A DNA stretch of 63,946 nucleotides, counting the filler, from Polymyxa betae A26-41 (lineage: Eukaryota; Protista; Endomyxa: Phytomyxea), in the NCBI GenBank assembly GCA_003693705.1. It is 5 parts of 5 records of this genome, joined end to end, with 100 filler letters (N's around TTAATTAATTAA, not from the genome) between each part and the next. Parts side by side here need not be neighbours in the genome. Positions count along the whole stretch, not along the records: positions 53,981 to 61,538 come from RBZT01000167.1; positions 61,639 to 63,946 come from RBZT01000042.1; 3 more parts are not named here. One strand, written 5' to 3'. Below the pieces are notes generated by a model. The model was not told where the DNA came from. It saw nothing but the letters and a program-made list of their open reading frames with translations, and searched no databases. The position numbers and the translations under genes are program-made. Positions 60,701-63,946 of this stretch are shown piece by piece. Position 1 is the stretch's first letter. The number at the start of each line of letters is the position of its first letter.

Positions 60701-63700
60701 TGGCACACAACAAAAAGGTCGCACAGATGCAGGCGGCTGTTTACACACAATAAGAAACTCTTGATAAAGACTTCTTGAGATTCAATCCAATCCAATCCAT
60801 TTTGAAGGAGCAATTAAATTATACCGGTCATCGCGCTTATACACCAAATATGACGTCGCGACGATTTCATTCCGACCTTTAAAATGGCACAGGTAGTTCG
60901 CGGAGGGCAATCGCATCAATGATCTATTATGATTAGATCTCCGTCAATTGTTTCTACATGCTTGATCAGGTGATGATTGATTTCTAAGCAATGTCTTTGA
61001 TCATTCGTTTGCATGACCTGATAACTGATATGCATATTGACTGTATAGAATGAAATGCCTGGTTTATTGCAGATTCGGAATAATAAGGATTTAATACCAT
61101 GCTTATGCTGCTTAATGGGCAATAGTGTCCCCTCTAACCAATTAACCGTTTGCAGTAAATACAGCAGCGATCACAGACAAGCGATTTTGGCTGACTTGAA
61201 AAAGCCGACAGCGACCGTACGAAATGTTCTCATGGTGCCATGATTACGAAATGCGTTTCCACTAGTTCTCATCAAGTTGAAATTGATATCACGTTATCTA
61301 AGCTCAAATGTGTGATCGAATCCACTCACACATTTGGGGCCACACAATGATTCACAAAATTAACATTTTGCCTTTTTTATTAACATCCGATATATGTTCA
61401 TCACACGCTCTTGAGAATCGTTCAAATGCGCTCTCATGGTCGGTCTCAGCAAGCTTCGTAGGTTGATACGATACCCTATCGATACCATATCAGAGCTCTA
61501 GTTGAGACGATACCATATTGATACCATATCAGAGCTCTNNNNNNNNNNNNNNNNNNNNNNNNNNNNNNNNNNNNNNNNNNNNTTAATTAATTAANNNNNN
61601 NNNNNNNNNNNNNNNNNNNNNNNNNNNNNNNNNNNNNNAGGGTTTTTAGTACTTTTCTGGAAATTTTTCTTAAGATTTTCGTGTCAATAAACCTCCCCAA
61701 TTTGGATAACGTTATACTTGATAGCAGGTCGTCTGGCAGCCCTGTTGGAATTTCAGTACTGTATTGCACAATATGACTTAGTGAGAGGCTCGATGGAATA
61801 TGAAGCGTATCTGGCCTAGTCCAGTACGACAACTGCTGACTCCATCCAAGGTGACTGTGATTCGTATCAATGCGTTACGCTAGATGGCATTATCTTGCCA
61901 CCATCCCGAACTAAATTTTCATAGAGGAAACACAATGCGGTTAGCGACTTGCAATCGGTCCTATCCCTATATCAGCCTCTGCCAAGTACGCCACAAAATA
62001 CATTGAAAACATTTAAGAAATACTGAAACTGTGCGGTCTCGACAAACAAAACCCGAAAATTCGGACAAATGCCGCGCTTAAGCTAAGATCATATATATTT
62101 CCGATGACTCTGTCGCATCAAGGCTTTTCGTCATCAACACTCGTGTCCAGCAATCACACATAAACGGAGTAAGAGAGGCATTCAACCATGTAAGAGCATT
62201 CATCACAGCAACGGCGACCTTTGTCGAAAGAATTTGTTCGCAATTCGTCGTTTGAAACACGATCATACCGCCTTTCTGCGAATTCATTTCGGATTCCAGA
62301 ACAGTGTTGCCTGAGACATGATCGCATCGGATGCGGCTGCGGTCATGGGAATACCGCCCCCCCTGCTGGACCTTGCAATTGGATGACGAAACTCCTTGCA
62401 AGCTTCCGAATCCAGCTGGAGATTTTGGTAGATTCTGACGAGAGCCACATTGCGGACCATTCCGACGACGGCCTCTGGGACCCGATTATCCGTGCGAGCT
62501 GGACGAATTCATCCGGTTTTCCGGAATAATGATAGAAAACAAATCCGAATGGGATCCTAAACCCTAAATCTAATATAGAGGACGTGATTGGGTCGGCGGT
62601 GTGCTTTTACTTCGCATACACCCAACGAGCCATTGGAATGCGATCGTTGATGTCCAACTCGGAAACCTTCCGACCCCGGAGATCACATTAATCTGCATAG
62701 TATCCATGAGGAGATCAAAGACGACTCTACGCCTTAATTATCGTTGATGACATCTACTTTGCGTGTTTCGCCATTTTTCTTGTCCTTACCAATGTTTAAC
62801 GACCGGTGGAATAGAGACTTTGTCTCTAAAATTCTGACTAAGAACAATATAGCTGTCTATATGGGGGCAGGGCAGAGTATGCAGGCATACAAAAACGACT
62901 GAGGAGAAAACGTTTTCAGAACTGATGTCGCTTTGTAAAGGCCTGATCATACGCTCATGTTCAGAGACCTCGATTTTCGAAATATATTGTTAAGTCGACA
63001 TTAACCGCTATGTTGCAAACTGCTATCAAGTCATCTGAAGTACAGCAACCAGACGATGTCGGGTCATCATCAAAAATTCTTTGAAGGTCGGAGCAAAGTG
63101 CAGGCTCAAAAACAGGATCTAAACTATACGTCAGCCGACGGAAGAAGGGGAAGACATCCGTGCGGCCCTGCCCCAAAAGGGAAACATGTCCAAGTAGCGA
63201 AAAATTTCCGCCGATTTCTTAAAAAACAGATTCACTCTTTGATTTTATTGTCGACTGTATGCAGTGGGAGTCGCACAGATAGGGGCTGTGCGACATACAG
63301 TCGCACAAGGGCTTATTTCTGCGAGGGGTCGCACACGTATCAGGGTCGTTCCAAAGAACGTACTTAGGGTTTAGGGGTTAGGGTTATATATCTCAATTCT
63401 TTTACAAGTATTCGATCATGGCAATCCCCATAAATTTCTGCTCTATAATCGACTTTCCGCGTAGAATCGCTCCGACAGATTCGTGCGAAATAGGACGACT
63501 GATTCCAGTGATTATTCATATTCAGAGCCCAGAGGTCAGTGGCGGATACTCTTACTGCCATCCTGAAGACCGTAATCGGACAGTCGCAAGGGCCGCATTT
63601 CCAAATTGTTCTCCGATATCAGTGCGATCTGATGTTTCCGGATCACTGCCCAACTGTCCACTGTCCACGTAACGCGGAGACGCAAAGTGAAATTTCACCG

Positions 63701-63946
63701 ATAGAAGACTGGCTGCGCAACCATCGTGACGGAATTTTGTTTTTTAAATTCATGGGTTTTTTTTTTATCAATTTGGGCGCGATTTTCAATGCTGTTCTGT
63801 ACTCGGAGCAGAATATTTTCTATGAACTCAACCGGCCAAATCTGGTTAGTCCCAATAATGGAACTGAACCTGGTCGTACAGGCTCTCTTCAACAAGGCCG
63901 CCTGCGCCGACATGCTGCTGATTGTCAACGACCACACGTTCTATGG

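Overview
Eukaryotic nuclear scaffold with short ~50-nt GT-AG introns, several larger introns and two likely GC-AG introns. The FOR20/FOPNL gene implies a centriole- or flagellum-bearing organism; the species cannot be fixed from sequence alone. Both flanks (~1-24 kb and ~50-64 kb) are transposon graveyards: pogo/Tigger, several PIF/Harbinger DDE_Tnp_4 transposases, Gypsy/chromovirus and Copia LTR fragments, an intron-containing MULE, an EnSpm/CACTA-like transposase, Tc1/IS630-related fragments, a hAT non-autonomous element with an 8-bp TSD, MITEs, and YqaJ-like and SET-domain relics. A gene island (~24-49 kb) holds FOPNL, a TAF1A/Rrn11-like gene, a BTB protein and candidate secreted proteins. 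It also holds the two most notable items. One is a multi-exon 4-TM protein with two extracellular domains resembling the Cache-like sensor of cyanobacterial chemoreceptors but no output domain. The other is a pair of EF-hand-PH-kinase (CDPK7-like architecture) paralogues that share loss of the Gly-loop, the catalytic HRD and canonical Ca2+ ligands, i.e. pseudokinases. Four 100-bp N-TTAATTAATTAA-N linkers are artificial joins, so adjacency across them is unproven. Family assignments come from recalled motifs, not database searches.
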